Source of the DNA: a virus
Taxonomy: Duplodnaviria; Caudoviricetes
Length of the DNA: 64,000 bases
Virus record (IMG/VR): IMGVR_UViG_3300027419_000030
Span: 5,062 to 69,061 of that record
Direction: 5' to 3' (one strand)
The translations under genes and the position numbers were made by a program. Positions within the stretch are counted from its first letter, which is position 1. Every line of letters starts with the position of its first letter. The notes beneath the pieces were generated by a model. The model searched no databases. It was not told where the DNA came from and saw only the letters and a program-made list of their open reading frames with translations. Positions 9,731 through 19,876 of this stretch are shown piece by piece.

Positions 9731-12498
9731 ATATGTCCTTTAGTGGTAATAGTATAAGTTTCTTGCTGCAAAATGCTCTCAGCACCTACACCAGAGGGAT
9801 TGAGAATACTATCACCAGAACCACCAGATCCAGCGTTACCAATATCTCCTACGAGAGCATCAGGAGATGAGTAAAACATCAAATCCGCAGTATCTTTATC
9901 AGTACCATTCCGGGGATTATAGAGATACAGGAACGTAAATCCAGAAACTACAAGATTTTGATAAACTTGATCGGTAACTGGATAATAATGCCAAAAAACA
10001 TTAGGATATAGCATTTCAGTATCATCATCAGGGAACAAGTCAACAGCTTCGCTTCCAACTGCCGGAACCACAGTCCCGGCAGGGGTAATATAGCGATAAA
10101 CAGGATGATATACACTGGTGTGAGCACCATACCCTTTACCGGACCATATGAAAACGATGTTTCCTTTATTATCTATGAATGATTGACCTGAGAATTGATT
10201 ATATCCAGACGCAGCCTTATTTGGACTAAGATTTGTAGCTGCGCTCCAAATCTCGGTAACAACGGAGCGTTTTCGGTAGAAAACTTCTTTGATAGCAGTA
10301 CCTGCATCAGTCCATTTACAGTAAAACAGAAAAACATTACAATCCTTGTCAGTAATAATGTTTCCAGGAAATCCTACATACGAATCAGTATCAACATTTT
10401 CAACAGCACCCCAAGAACCACCAGAATACTTACAATATTCAAGAGATTGGTTAGTAGTAGCATTAAACCACGCCGTATGGATATCGCCTTGCGAGTCGAT
10501 ATCCATAGAGGGATAAAGCATGTGGTTATCGGAAGTTGTTAGGTCTACTCTAGCTCCAAGGGAGCCGGAAGTGAGTTTTTTGTAACAAATCCTGGCTCTG
10601 CCGAGATTAGTGTTAAGACCCTGAGCAGCCCACAGAAAATGCAAATTATCATTACCATCAGCCAAACAAACTCCTTCAAATGAAGGATAATACTTTTTTA
10701 TCAAACTTATATTTACGACAGCAGCTTGAACACCGAGAGGAGAAATGTATCTATAAAATAAATCATTACCATGCCGAGTGCAATCTATTTGAGTATCAAC
10801 GCGCCAAGTTCTAGGCATGATTCGAGAAACTAGATTGGAATATGGATTAAATGCGATATTATAATTATGCGTATGAGAACATGTAGCATATTGTGTATTA
10901 TAACCAGATAAACTAATTCTATTATTGCACCCACCGGAGGTGGGTGCAATAATAGAAGTAACAATATCATCATGGTCATGAGTAAGAACACCACTGAGAT
11001 CAGAATATGTTGATTTGCCGACAAAATGCTTTCCATTAAGAGTTTCACCAGTAGCAGATAAAGATGTCATTGAAGTAAGCAAAGATGCGCTTCCAAGCAA
11101 TAAAAGAGCATTTTGAGCAATAACGGTTAGAGGAGAAGTAACTTTACCAAGAATAAGACCATATGCAGGAGGATTATTAGAAGCATAACTATTATAAAGT
11201 GATCCAGAATGCTCGTGAGAACACTTAGAAACTTGACTACCAGACGTACCGCCAGATAAACAATACTGATTACCATTAAAATTATAAGTTACAAGATGTC
11301 TATGCTGCAAAGCACCAACAACAGTTCCAACATCATCAGAACAATAAATAAAATAGTTATCCTGATCAGAATAGCGCGAATATCCAACGGGAACGTCAGA
11401 ATTAAATGGAACTATTATATCGGCAGGAAGAGATGTAGGAATTCCATAATAACGGAGCAATTTAAGAGATCTGCTAACAGGAAGAGATGAAGCATTTCCA
11501 ATACTGGTATTATGAGCGGTATGATGCCAACCAAATATAGCAGAATCGCCGCCATAGCCTTCCCATAGCTTATCAACACTACCATTGACTTCTCCACCGG
11601 AAATGGAAGCTCCATGCTGATGAAGATTGTATGCATCAGGATCGCTACCAAGAGCAGGATAGGTAGTACCTTCTTCGCCTCCAAGGAGACGATGATAACC
11701 TACGCCACCAGCGCCAGATACCAATTCAAAGCCATCGGGAGTAGAACCGCCACAGAAAAGCCAATAAGTAGGAAAAGTGACAAGATCGTTTCTAGTATAC
11801 GTTATGTGAATGCCATTATTCTTGTCGCAAGTGATGGAAGGCATGATATAATGCTGTCCATCGTCGTTATCGACGATGGTAGCAACCCACTTTTCGCCAC
11901 CATTAGTAGATTTTAGGTAAACTACGCGAGAAAGACCAGAAATAATATAAGAACAGACTGCATGAATAGAACCATCCGGAGTTTTTACTATATGCCTGGC
12001 AGAAACAGGAAATAAAATCATCTGAGATTGCATTAATGAACCAGAAAGCCAGGATGTGATGGCAGGAAATTGGATGGCAGCCGCAATAATAACATTGGTA
12101 GAAGCAATATCAGTAACTACATTCTTATGCCAATCATCCGACAAATTGTCATCGCTTTGCGCAGGAAGATCCACAGAGGCCCCTATATCCTGAACGAAGG
12201 GAGCATCACCAACAAACACTTGCTGGACACCAGCAGGACCAATTGAAGCCTTATGCCATATCTCGGACTCATTGAGGCCTGTAGCATAATTAGAAAGCCA
12301 CGCCGGAACAGGCTCACTGGCTAAATCGAGAACACGTTGATCAACTGGAATAAGTTTAGAGGAAACAAGAGCAGGATCAATAGCAGTCCTATAATTTAAG
12401 ACAGGATCATTGGTAGGATTAGTAATAATTATTGCAGAAATTTCTTTAGACTCAGAAAGAGATTGAGCCATCTTAGTCTGAACATGAGCCTGATCCAC
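9682..12498 (-). CDS. Large spike/fibre protein with beta-propeller-like segments and repeated His-x-His needle modules (probable start 12471)
   Basis: S-x-N/D-G-G-x-x-W BNR-like motif; multiple HxH motifs (HQH, HRH, HEH, HDH, HTH) as in trimeric phage fibre tips; D-x-x-G-x-I-H propeller repeats. Confidence 0.65.
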   Translation of the reverse strand: MDQAHVQTKMAQSLSESKEISAIIITNPTNDPVLNYRTAIDPALVSSKLIPVDQRVLDLASEPVPAWLSNYATGLNESEIWHKASIGPAGVQQVFVGDAPFVQDIGASVDLPAQSDDNLSDDWHKNVVTDIASTNVIIAAAIQFPAITSWLSGSLMQSQMILFPVSARHIVKTPDGSIHAVCSYIISGLSRVVYLKSTNGGEKWVATIVDNDDGQHYIMPSITCDKNNGIHITYTRNDLVTFPTYWLFCGGSTPDGFELVSGAGGVGYHRLLGGEEGTTYPALGSDPDAYNLHQHGASISGGEVNGSVDKLWEGYGGDSAIFGWHHTAHNTSIGNASSLPVSRSLKLLRYYGIPTSLPADIIVPFNSDVPVGYSRYSDQDNYFIYCSDDVGTVVGALQHRHLVTYNFNGNQYCLSGGTSGSQVSKCSHEHSGSLYNSYASNNPPAYGLILGKVTSPLTVIAQNALLLLGSASLLTSMTSLSATGETLNGKHFVGKSTYSDLSGVLTHDHDDIVTSIIAPTSGGCNNRISLSGYNTQYATCSHTHNYNIAFNPYSNLVSRIMPRTWRVDTQIDCTRHGNDLFYRYISPLGVQAAVVNISLIKKYYPSFEGVCLADGNDNLHFLWAAQGLNTNLGRARICYKKLTSGSLGARVDLTTSDNHMLYPSMDIDSQGDIHTAWFNATTNQSLEYCKYSGGSWGAVENVDTDSYVGFPGNIITDKDCNVFLFYCKWTDAGTAIKEVFYRKRSVVTEIWSAATNLSPNKAASGYNQFSGQSFIDNKGNIVFIWSGKGYGAHTSVYHPVYRYITPAGTVVPAVGSEAVDLFPDDDTEMLYPNVFWHYYPVTDQVYQNLVVSGFTFLYLYNPRNGTDKDTADLMFYSSPDALVGDIGNAGSGGSGDSILNPSGVGAESILQQETYTITTKGHICLNHLSRDPSLRSVS

Positions 12499-12555
12499 GC
12501 TTCAAGTATCTGCGCGGCAGATACTTGAAGGTTTGTGAGATAAAAAAAAAGTAAA

Positions 12556-12855
12556 TTACTTCCAGAAACTGCCGAGATGAGATAACGCAGTCTGGAAGAC
12601 GGAAACGATACCACGGTAAGCGGGCTTACCAAGTGCGGCATATGCTTCAGCAAAGCCGGAATTCAATTCATCGCCAGTAATCTGATCATCTTCAAGAATT
12701 GCATTAATTTTAGAAAGACCTTCTTCAGCATCAAGAAGCATTGACTTAAATTCATCCTTCTGCTCTTCAGTCATCTTATTAAACTGCGCAGAAATGGAAG
12801 CTGCGCCAAAGTCTTCGAACAATCCAGCCATAAGCATAAATACGTATGAAAACAC
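12556..12855 (-). CDS. Hypothetical alpha-helical protein
   Basis: Clean ORF with C/G-ending codon bias of structural genes. Confidence 0.5.
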   Translation of the reverse strand: MFSYVFMLMAGLFEDFGAASISAQFNKMTEEQKDEFKSMLLDAEEGLSKINAILEDDQITGDELNSGFAEAYAALGKPAYRGIVSVFQTALSHLGSFWK

Positions 12856-12876
12856 TTAAACGTTTCGGAGGAAAAA

Positions 12877-13014
12877 ATGAACGAAGAAGAAATAAGAGAA
12901 AGATGTGGATGTGGAGGAGAAATGGGAGGAACCAATAGAGAAGGAGAACAGAGAGAAATGCCAAAAACAAGCACATGCGCATGCGCATGCGACTGCATAG
13001 AAGATCCGCACTAG
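12877..13014 (+). CDS. Small Cys-rich protein (45 aa), below ORF-track cutoff
   Basis: GGAGG RBS + ATG; MNEEEIRERCGCGGEMGG...TSTCACACDCIEDPH; followed by hairpin. Confidence 0.55.
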   Translation: MNEEEIRERCGCGGEMGGTNREGEQREMPKTSTCACACDCIEDPH

Positions 13015-13019
13015 CCGCA

Positions 13020-13181
13020 CTATCCGCGCTCATGCGGGAGCGCGGATAAGGGAACTTTTCGTACAAGCGGATGAAATATCAGTTTCTCTACTCCTGGTTC
13101 ACGCGAAACGGGAACCATGACGGGATTTACCTCACCAATCACATTGGAATTGATTTTTTTAGTTATTTCAGTAGTTTTCAT
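13020..13181 (-). CDS. Small hypothetical protein (53 aa)
   Basis: GAGGT RBS; ATG overlaps stop of upstream beta-helix gene. Confidence 0.4.
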   Translation of the reverse strand: MKTTEITKKINSNVIGEVNPVMVPVSREPGVEKLIFHPLVRKVPLSALPHERG

Positions 13182-14152
13182 GCAACATACCTCGGAATAA
13201 ACGACGATCCTTGGAAATGCGGGTATGAGAGAGGCGAATAATCGTAGTTGTAGTAGCATTGAACCGGAACATCGGCTATTCCGTCGTGATTTACATCTTG
13301 ATACCAACCAGAATACCCAAAGAAGTTATTATTTATGAAATTTCCACTAACTTGCTGATCAGAATTCATATCACAGATATCAATAGAAGAATTGGCAAAA
13401 AACATGTTACCGACTATAGTATGAAGCCCATTGGCTTTTACTTCAAAGTAAATTCCGTTATAACACGAGTCAAAAACATTCTTTTTAATAAGAAATCTTT
13501 GAGCATTATTCAAGTTGCAACCTTGCCCGGCAGTAGCTACAGTTCCAAACTTCTCAATATAGTTTTCCTCTATAACACCGTCTACTGAAGGATTTAATGC
13601 ACCATCGCAACGTACGCCAATCGTATTTAAACCATAAAGCCCACTCAAATGATTATTGCGAAGCAAAATCTTGTCACAATCATTTAAAAGAACAGCCGTA
13701 CGTTGAGCTAATCCATCAGAATTTACTTCTACATAACAATCATGTATTTTATGTCCAGGACCAGTAGCCTCCAATGCATTAGAATTGGTAGATACGAGTG
13801 CAATACCTTCGATTTCTGAATATCCCACTTGCAACGCAAGTGGGACACCAGAAAGAGGAGAAATTTGAACTTTATCTACTCCGGCCTGAACTACTCCGTG
13901 AATAATTACATTTTCTTTATCTATTACGACATTTTCCTGATAAGTTCCACTTTTAACCCAGATTTCCATCCAAGATTCGAGAATATCTGTAGCACCAGCG
14001 AAAGTTTCCTTAGGGCGATCCCATGAATAACCATCATTTTTATCGCTTGCATTTGATGCACTTTGATCTACGTAGATCGAAGTGCTTCCACCTTTAGAAA
14101 AATTAAGTTTTCCACTGGCATTTCTAATAGATGAGATACCTTTAGCTGGCAT
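13178..14152 (-). CDS. Parallel beta-helix (NosD/pectate-lyase-like) virion protein
   Basis: YVDQSASNASDKNDGYSWDRPKETFAGA, VKSGTYQENVVI and repeated I-x-x-N-x-F coils. Confidence 0.75.
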   Translation of the reverse strand: MPAKGISSIRNASGKLNFSKGGSTSIYVDQSASNASDKNDGYSWDRPKETFAGATDILESWMEIWVKSGTYQENVVIDKENVIIHGVVQAGVDKVQISPLSGVPLALQVGYSEIEGIALVSTNSNALEATGPGHKIHDCYVEVNSDGLAQRTAVLLNDCDKILLRNNHLSGLYGLNTIGVRCDGALNPSVDGVIEENYIEKFGTVATAGQGCNLNNAQRFLIKKNVFDSCYNGIYFEVKANGLHTIVGNMFFANSSIDICDMNSDQQVSGNFINNNFFGYSGWYQDVNHDGIADVPVQCYYNYDYSPLSYPHFQGSSFIPRYVA

Positions 14153-14155
14153 TTA

Positions 14156-14620
14156 TTAAATCACCAACTCAGTAGTAAGAATCTGCTCATCTAAGTAGGA
14201 AAGTACCTTCTTTATCATAGGAGAAGTAATAAACTCATCAACTTCTTTATCGGTCCACTCACCAGGGGTGGCGTCTAGGGAAAATACCAAATTAGCATTA
14301 GAAGACCATAATAAACAGGCAAAGATTCTAGTTTCACCTAACTGATAATTAATAAATTCATCAGGGCCTAATATCGCAGGCTTGGAAGATCCTTTTTCAT
14401 TATGAATAGTTCTGTAATACAGATAATTATCTCCAGAACCACCAGCGTGGTTATGAATCATCAGGCTCTTAGCAGGAACTTTGAATCCTTGAGATTCATC
14501 TCCGATGAAATTACAAAAATAAATCTCGCCATCACCGCCTTGAGTAAACTCGTGGCGAGTGACAACGAAATGACCTTGATTATATCTACTGGATATCGCC
14601 ATCGAGGTAAATCCTACCAA
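14156..14620 (-). CDS. Probable small beta-sandwich virion protein
   Basis: In structural operon; beta-strand pattern. Confidence 0.45.
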   Translation of the reverse strand: MVGFTSMAISSRYNQGHFVVTRHEFTQGGDGEIYFCNFIGDESQGFKVPAKSLMIHNHAGGSGDNYLYYRTIHNEKGSSKPAILGPDEFINYQLGETRIFACLLWSSNANLVFSLDATPGEWTDKEVDEFITSPMIKKVLSYLDEQILTTELVI

Positions 14621-14948
14621 GGAACCTGAAATTAGCTATAACGCTGGCACCGGCTCCATAGCAAGAAATGGCCTGTCCTGGCGCGATAGGATAATTACAG
14701 ATAGGAATGCCTTTAGGAGCATAGAAGGTAGACACTGAATTTGCATCTTTTCCGCCAATCTCAAGCCGAGAATCACCACCTTCAGATACGATCATAAAAA
14801 ATTCAGCATCAGGAGGAACTTGAATAGCCTGCGCATATCCATTATTAACCAACCTAAAGCCACCAATATCCCTTAGAGCCGTTTCACGGCGCGTAGGAAC
14901 GCGCCGGGAAAGGGGAGTTTCAGGCTCGATCAAATCTTCTCCGAACAT
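14586..14948 (-). CDS. Probable small beta-sandwich virion protein (single jelly-roll-like)
   Basis: 120 aa with alternating hydrophobic pattern; directly downstream of capsid-like gene. Confidence 0.4.
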   Translation of the reverse strand: MFGEDLIEPETPLSRRVPTRRETALRDIGGFRLVNNGYAQAIQVPPDAEFFMIVSEGGDSRLEIGGKDANSVSTFYAPKGIPICNYPIAPGQAISCYGAGASVIANFRFLGRIYLDGDIQ

Positions 14949-14951
14949 GGT

Positions 14952-15935
14952 CTAAAGCACTCCTGCCTGGATGGATTTCGCGGTCTTGGGGTAATCAGTA
15001 ACCAATTTCTGTGCAGCACTGCGGGCAACTGCGGAATTAAACGGCAAATTCCACTTGATGTGGTCGGCTACATTCAATTTTCTAGTGCCATAGATAAAAC
15101 CACATGGAACAGTATTTGCACCTGTACCAGTTGCAGATTCTACACGCACTTCAAGTGATTTGATACACGGAACGTAGCATTTCATGTAAAATTGATCAGC
15201 CATGCCAGTTACATCGAGTTTCATATAACTTGCATCAATATCACGATCAACGACAACAAATGTATCTGATGCAGTACCAGCAGCAAAACAGGAAGTGTCA
15301 AACATAACTCCAAGAAGAACAATCAATTGAGAATTCGGATTGGGAATATTAATCTTGGAACCACCAATGATAGATTCGGCACCAGCGGCCATAGCAGTCA
15401 TATTCTTTTCAACGCAAATTACTTCATCAAACATTTTTGCAGGATCTATATTAAGCAAGCTTTGATGATATGGGATAGTTCCAAGAGAAAGGTTATCTTC
15501 GAGCTTAAGCATTTCGGAAATTGCGACTTCATCAGTGTCTAGCTGTATTTTTTCTCGGAGCTTATCCACGGGGAGAGGCCTTCTGAAAGTCATATTCCAG
15601 CGAGAGCGGACATTGGTAGTAGGACCGCCTGCGGTCATAATTCCAGTGAAATCGAGAGTTTCCCTGGCAGTAATTTTAACGTACCTGCCAGGATCGCGCA
15701 AAGTTTGAGCATTAGATCTGATTCGCGCACGTTCGGAGGAATCTGCGGAGATTACGAGATCAAGATTTGCCGTCTGAGTAAAAACCTCTGGATTCTCTAC
15801 AACGCATCTCCTATCATTGAGTAGATAGGATGCAATTTGTTCGCCGCTAGTGCTTATAGAATCTTCATTGATGCATTCTATAAGCATCTCAGGGAAATAT
15901 TTTGTCTTCGCAGGATCAATTATAGGATTAGCCAT
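14952..15935 (-). CDS. Capsid-like all-beta protein (candidate second or minor jelly-roll capsid protein)
   Basis: 327 aa, two beta-rich halves each followed by a short helical segment; first gene of a structural operon; fold is inference only. Confidence 0.4.
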   Translation of the reverse strand: MANPIIDPAKTKYFPEMLIECINEDSISTSGEQIASYLLNDRRCVVENPEVFTQTANLDLVISADSSERARIRSNAQTLRDPGRYVKITARETLDFTGIMTAGGPTTNVRSRWNMTFRRPLPVDKLREKIQLDTDEVAISEMLKLEDNLSLGTIPYHQSLLNIDPAKMFDEVICVEKNMTAMAAGAESIIGGSKINIPNPNSQLIVLLGVMFDTSCFAAGTASDTFVVVDRDIDASYMKLDVTGMADQFYMKCYVPCIKSLEVRVESATGTGANTVPCGFIYGTRKLNVADHIKWNLPFNSAVARSAAQKLVTDYPKTAKSIQAGVL

Positions 15936-16048
15936 ACACTAGAACAGAAAGCCGATTAGATTTAAGGGGAATAGAAACAGACAGAAACAAACAATGAAAA
16001 GTAGATACAATCAAAACAGTTAAATATAAGAAAAACATAGTATTAGGC

Positions 16049-16321
16049 ATGGCATCATTAGGAAGAATGAAGATTTACAACCAAAGTGGCACATTCCGAG
16101 CAACGATGCCTAAAGAATGGATAGGATCAAACAGAATTAAATCGAAAGATGGATTGGACATAATAGTAACACATGCAATAATAGTATTGCCGCCGAGAGA
16201 ATTAAATAACGAGGAAATGGAGGAGGTAGTACGGGACTTCAGACAGCTAATAAAAGCAAGATCGATACTTCTAGCCTCAAAGACCCAAGAAACGACCCAA
16301 AATACACCGAAGGGCTTGTAA
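16049..16321 (+). CDS. AbrB/SpoVT-like transcription regulator
   Basis: GTFRATMPKEWI...I..KDGLDI pattern; divergent from structural operon. Confidence 0.55.
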   Translation: MASLGRMKIYNQSGTFRATMPKEWIGSNRIKSKDGLDIIVTHAIIVLPPRELNNEEMEEVVRDFRQLIKARSILLASKTQETTQNTPKGL

Positions 16322-16496
16322 AAACAATAGAAGAGCTAGAGAAAGTGTTAAATAGTTTGAAAAAGAACGAGATTGTACTTTATAACGCGAGCAAGGGGCC
16401 GCTACTTATGAAGAATAATCCTAGAAACAGATGCGAAAAAGGAAAAGAAACAGGATTAGTCAGAATTCAGATAGATTACATGGAGATGAATTAAAA

Positions 16497-16937
16497 ATGG
16501 CAGCACAAGGAACTTCAGCACAGCCTTACATTCCAGGAAGCGCAAAGACGGCAGTACCGCAGAAGCAAGTAACTCAGACAGTAGCAAAGAAGGAGCTTAC
16601 ACGAGATTTGCTTGTGAAGGCGGTTACAGATGAGAAGAATCTGCGAACAATCGCACAGGAAACAGGAAATACCATTCATGATGTGAGAGAGGCACTTAAG
16701 TCAAACGGACTTAAGACGGCATCGATGAAGGACGGCGCAGGAAAACTCGGTTTCCGAGAACTTAACAAGGTCTTCAGCACAATCCAGGCAGGAACCGGGA
16801 ATGTAGCCGGAATTGTAGCCGCAACGGGCCTAAGCGAAGTAGTAGTCAAGGTAGCCATCAGAAAGCTAAAGCGCGACGGAGATATCATAGACTCCCTCTC
16901 CGTTCCACAGGCTGCTGCTACGCAGCAGTCAATGTAA
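16497..16937 (+). CDS. Protein with two HTH/wHTH motifs
   Basis: LRTIAQETGNTIHDVREAL and VAGIVAATGLSEVVVKVAIRKLKRDGDI; start placed at ATG 16497. Confidence 0.55.
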   Translation: MAAQGTSAQPYIPGSAKTAVPQKQVTQTVAKKELTRDLLVKAVTDEKNLRTIAQETGNTIHDVREALKSNGLKTASMKDGAGKLGFRELNKVFSTIQAGTGNVAGIVAATGLSEVVVKVAIRKLKRDGDIIDSLSVPQAAATQQSM

Positions 16938-17027
16938 AAAAAAACGGAACGACAGAACGAACAGAAGAGGAACAAGCAAATTTTCTACTTTTAAGCGCCT
17001 CGCGCAAGCGAGGCGCTAGGAAGTTAC

Positions 17028-17333
17028 ATGGAAAATCCTGATAGCACGAAAGCAGTTCAGGACATGATGTTATTGCCTTATGCAAAAAAGATAGAAAAGA
17101 AGATTTCTATTACGAAGAAACGAGAAACTACTTCGAAAACACTACTTACGGCACAGGGCATAAGGCATGGAGAGAAATGCTGTCGGTGTGGCCTGAATTG
17201 CGAAGTAAAAAGGAAAGAATCGGTAGAATATGATCGAATCTTCAATGAAGATCCGATATATAAACTAGAAACATGCCCTAAACAGGGAAAACTTGAAAAA
17301 TTGCGAATAAAAAAGAAGGGAAGGAAGAAGTGA
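17028..17333 (+). CDS. Hypothetical protein, possible Zn finger
   Basis: CCRC.LNC...C motif. Confidence 0.45.
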   Translation: MENPDSTKAVQDMMLLPYAKKIEKKISITKKRETTSKTLLTAQGIRHGEKCCRCGLNCEVKRKESVEYDRIFNEDPIYKLETCPKQGKLEKLRIKKKGRKK

Positions 17334-17338
17334 TTTAA

Positions 17339-17620
17339 ATGGAACTTGAAGCGAAATTGGATGGAGTAGAAAGAAAGGAAAAGCTGATTCAGAGAAAAGA
17401 TGAAGCTACGGGACAGAAAGTAGACGACAAAGAAGTTTTTTACACAGCAAAATTCGCGATGAAGAAGATAAAACTAGAAAAAGATTCAGGAAACGTAAAA
17501 GAAGGAACTAGCGACCCTTGGCTGCGAATAACAATCTCTAGCTACGATGAAAAAGTATTCGAAAGCTTCAAGGACGCTAAAATGGGAGATCCTGTATTAA
17601 TCTCAGTGGATTTAGTCTAA
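17339..17620 (+). CDS. Hypothetical protein
   Basis: Clean ORF between hairpins. Confidence 0.5.
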   Translation: MELEAKLDGVERKEKLIQRKDEATGQKVDDKEVFYTAKFAMKKIKLEKDSGNVKEGTSDPWLRITISSYDEKVFESFKDAKMGDPVLISVDLV

Positions 17621-17668
17621 ATCGCGTCGCGCCTGTAGGCGCGACGCGAGAAGAGAGGAGGTAAAAAT

Positions 17669-18226
17669 ATGATAATTAAAAAGAATTTGTACAAAGTAAA
17701 AGAAAATTATTTCGGATTAGGAAGTTGTAATGTAACAACACCAATGGAAAATATAAAATTAACTATAACCGAATTAACAAAGGAAAAGAGGCAAATAAAC
17801 GAGGAAATGAGTGAAATACTGAATACTGTAGGAAAAGGAGCAAGTTTTATAGAGCACATGGGAGAAATTGATATAGAATTAGGAAACGTAGAACAGAAAT
17901 TACAGATAGAAGTGAATGAACTGAGAAGAATGAATAGTGAATACATAGACAGGATAAACAAATTGGAAGACAGATGCAAAAAAAGTTCAATGGAATATAA
18001 CAACGTAGTGTATAAATCAAGAGAAATAGTAAGTGAAGTAAGAAATCTACTGCATCAAATAGAATCAAGCACGGGATATGAAACAGAATACGCCGCAGGA
18101 TGGTGGTTTACTTCAAAAATAGTAATAAAACAGGATAAAGAAGGAAAACCAATGAAAATACTAAAGTGGAATAGATATTTAGATGCAGCAATAAACAACG
18201 TAGAGAGTGAAATAAATGGCAGTTAA
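17669..18226 (+). CDS. Coiled-coil hypothetical protein
   Basis: GGAGGT RBS; heptad E/K/L-rich pattern. Confidence 0.5.
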   Translation: MIIKKNLYKVKENYFGLGSCNVTTPMENIKLTITELTKEKRQINEEMSEILNTVGKGASFIEHMGEIDIELGNVEQKLQIEVNELRRMNSEYIDRINKLEDRCKKSSMEYNNVVYKSREIVSEVRNLLHQIESSTGYETEYAAGWWFTSKIVIKQDKEGKPMKILKWNRYLDAAINNVESEINGS

Positions 18227-19199
18227 ACTGGCATACCAGCTTTACTCGGTGAGACATCCAAGTGAAGCAGATTCTCGTCTTTTTTCTTCAGGACTTTTTG
18301 CATGGGTGGAAGCTTTCGCAAGATACGGGCGAGAAGCGATAATGAGTGCAGATATAAAGAAGGAAAATCTTGAAAATTACGACATTATACATGTAAACTA
18401 CACTCCAACAAACGAAACTTACATTACAGCACTGAGAAACGAGCTAGGAGAACACTCTGATACGAAGATAGTAGCAAATGTAGATTTCGGGAAAATGATG
18501 TGGAATTCTACGGACCCATTGGTCATGAAAGATCAACTTAGTCGGGCAGATATGGTATTCCACGTAGAAAGCACTGGCGCTAAAACGCTTGAACGGCTTT
18601 TAGGAAGAAAAGTTTATACAATTCCTCACCCGACAAACGTAGAAGACCTAAAGAAAGGTTTCACAGCAGAAAGATCGCCAGTAATAACCTGCCAATATCA
18701 CAGATATAGTGATACATGGACGGATTACTATTACGGATTAATGAACATAAAAAAAGAATATGATGTAAGCACAGCTTTATTGAATTACGAAGCTCCAAAA
18801 GGAGAACACGGCCCAAAAGTACCAATAATTTGTATGTTCAATAAGCTTGTAATGAAACTGCCTTATGCGACATACATTGACCTGTACTTGCGGCACTCTT
18901 TGGTAAATGTAGACATAACTTATGACTACACGTTCGGAAGAGGAGAAATTGATGCAGCAGCTTTGAAAATACCAACTATTGGTAGCTGCACAATAGAGGC
19001 CCAAAGAAATCTATGGCCGGAATTAGCAGTTACACCAGGGAAAGAATGGGAACTGGAAGATACAATGAGAAAGTTATTAGATAACACGAAATTTAGAGAG
19101 GAAATGGCACAGCAGGGATATGAAAGATGCGAAGCATATTCATTGAAGAGCAGTTATGAGAAGATGGTTACAGCTTTAGAAGAGGAGAAGTTGATATGA
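18216..19199 (+). CDS. Glycosyltransferase, GT-B fold
   Basis: YDIIHVNY, ADMVFHVES, TFGRGEIDAAALKIPTIGS (E-x7-E-like GT4 region). Confidence 0.75.
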   Translation: MAVKLAYQLYSVRHPSEADSRLFSSGLFAWVEAFARYGREAIMSADIKKENLENYDIIHVNYTPTNETYITALRNELGEHSDTKIVANVDFGKMMWNSTDPLVMKDQLSRADMVFHVESTGAKTLERLLGRKVYTIPHPTNVEDLKKGFTAERSPVITCQYHRYSDTWTDYYYGLMNIKKEYDVSTALLNYEAPKGEHGPKVPIICMFNKLVMKLPYATYIDLYLRHSLVNVDITYDYTFGRGEIDAAALKIPTIGSCTIEAQRNLWPELAVTPGKEWELEDTMRKLLDNTKFREEMAQQGYERCEAYSLKSSYEKMVTALEEEKLI

Positions 19200-19876
19200 A
19201 ATCTATCGAAAAACAAGAAAGAAAACTAAAAATATTACAAAATATCGTAGAATTGATAGAGGCATCATCAGAAATTGGAATGAATTATTCCAGTATTAGT
19301 ATAGAAAAAAGAAATAATTTTAAAAATGCATTGGAAAAATCACTAATACAATGCATGTTAATGCAAAAAGAAAACGGAATGCCAGAAAATTATGCAATGA
19401 AAGTGTATGAAAACGCAAACGAATGCTTGATAGGGGCACTGACAGCAGCAACACGTTTAATGAGCGAAGAAAACACCCAAAAACAAAACATGGAAATACA
19501 AACAATATGGAGCAACGTATTACAACTATGTGAAATGTTTAAAATAGACACGGTGGAAATTGAAAAAGAAAACAGAATGAAAATGGAACTTGTAGTAGGA
19601 AAATCGATAGTATTCAATTACGAAACAGGAATGATATCAACACAGATAAGAGCAAGAAAAAGAGATGGATATAAAAAACTAGGAGACAACGAAACAACAT
19701 ACCAGATACTAATAGAACTTAAAAAATTGGGATGGGCAACAGTAAAAATATGTGATGAAACATTGTCGATGATGAAATATAGCACAACAGAAAAACTAGA
19801 TGAAAACATAAAAAATTTACTGAAAGAATTAAACAAATTCGGAGAAACGATAGACATGTCATATATAAAGGAGTGA
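19196..19876 (+). CDS. Hypothetical protein
   Basis: Translationally coupled between two glycosyltransferases. Confidence 0.55.
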   Translation: MKSIEKQERKLKILQNIVELIEASSEIGMNYSSISIEKRNNFKNALEKSLIQCMLMQKENGMPENYAMKVYENANECLIGALTAATRLMSEENTQKQNMEIQTIWSNVLQLCEMFKIDTVEIEKENRMKMELVVGKSIVFNYETGMISTQIRARKRDGYKKLGDNETTYQILIELKKLGWATVKICDETLSMMKYSTTEKLDENIKNLLKELNKFGETIDMSYIKE

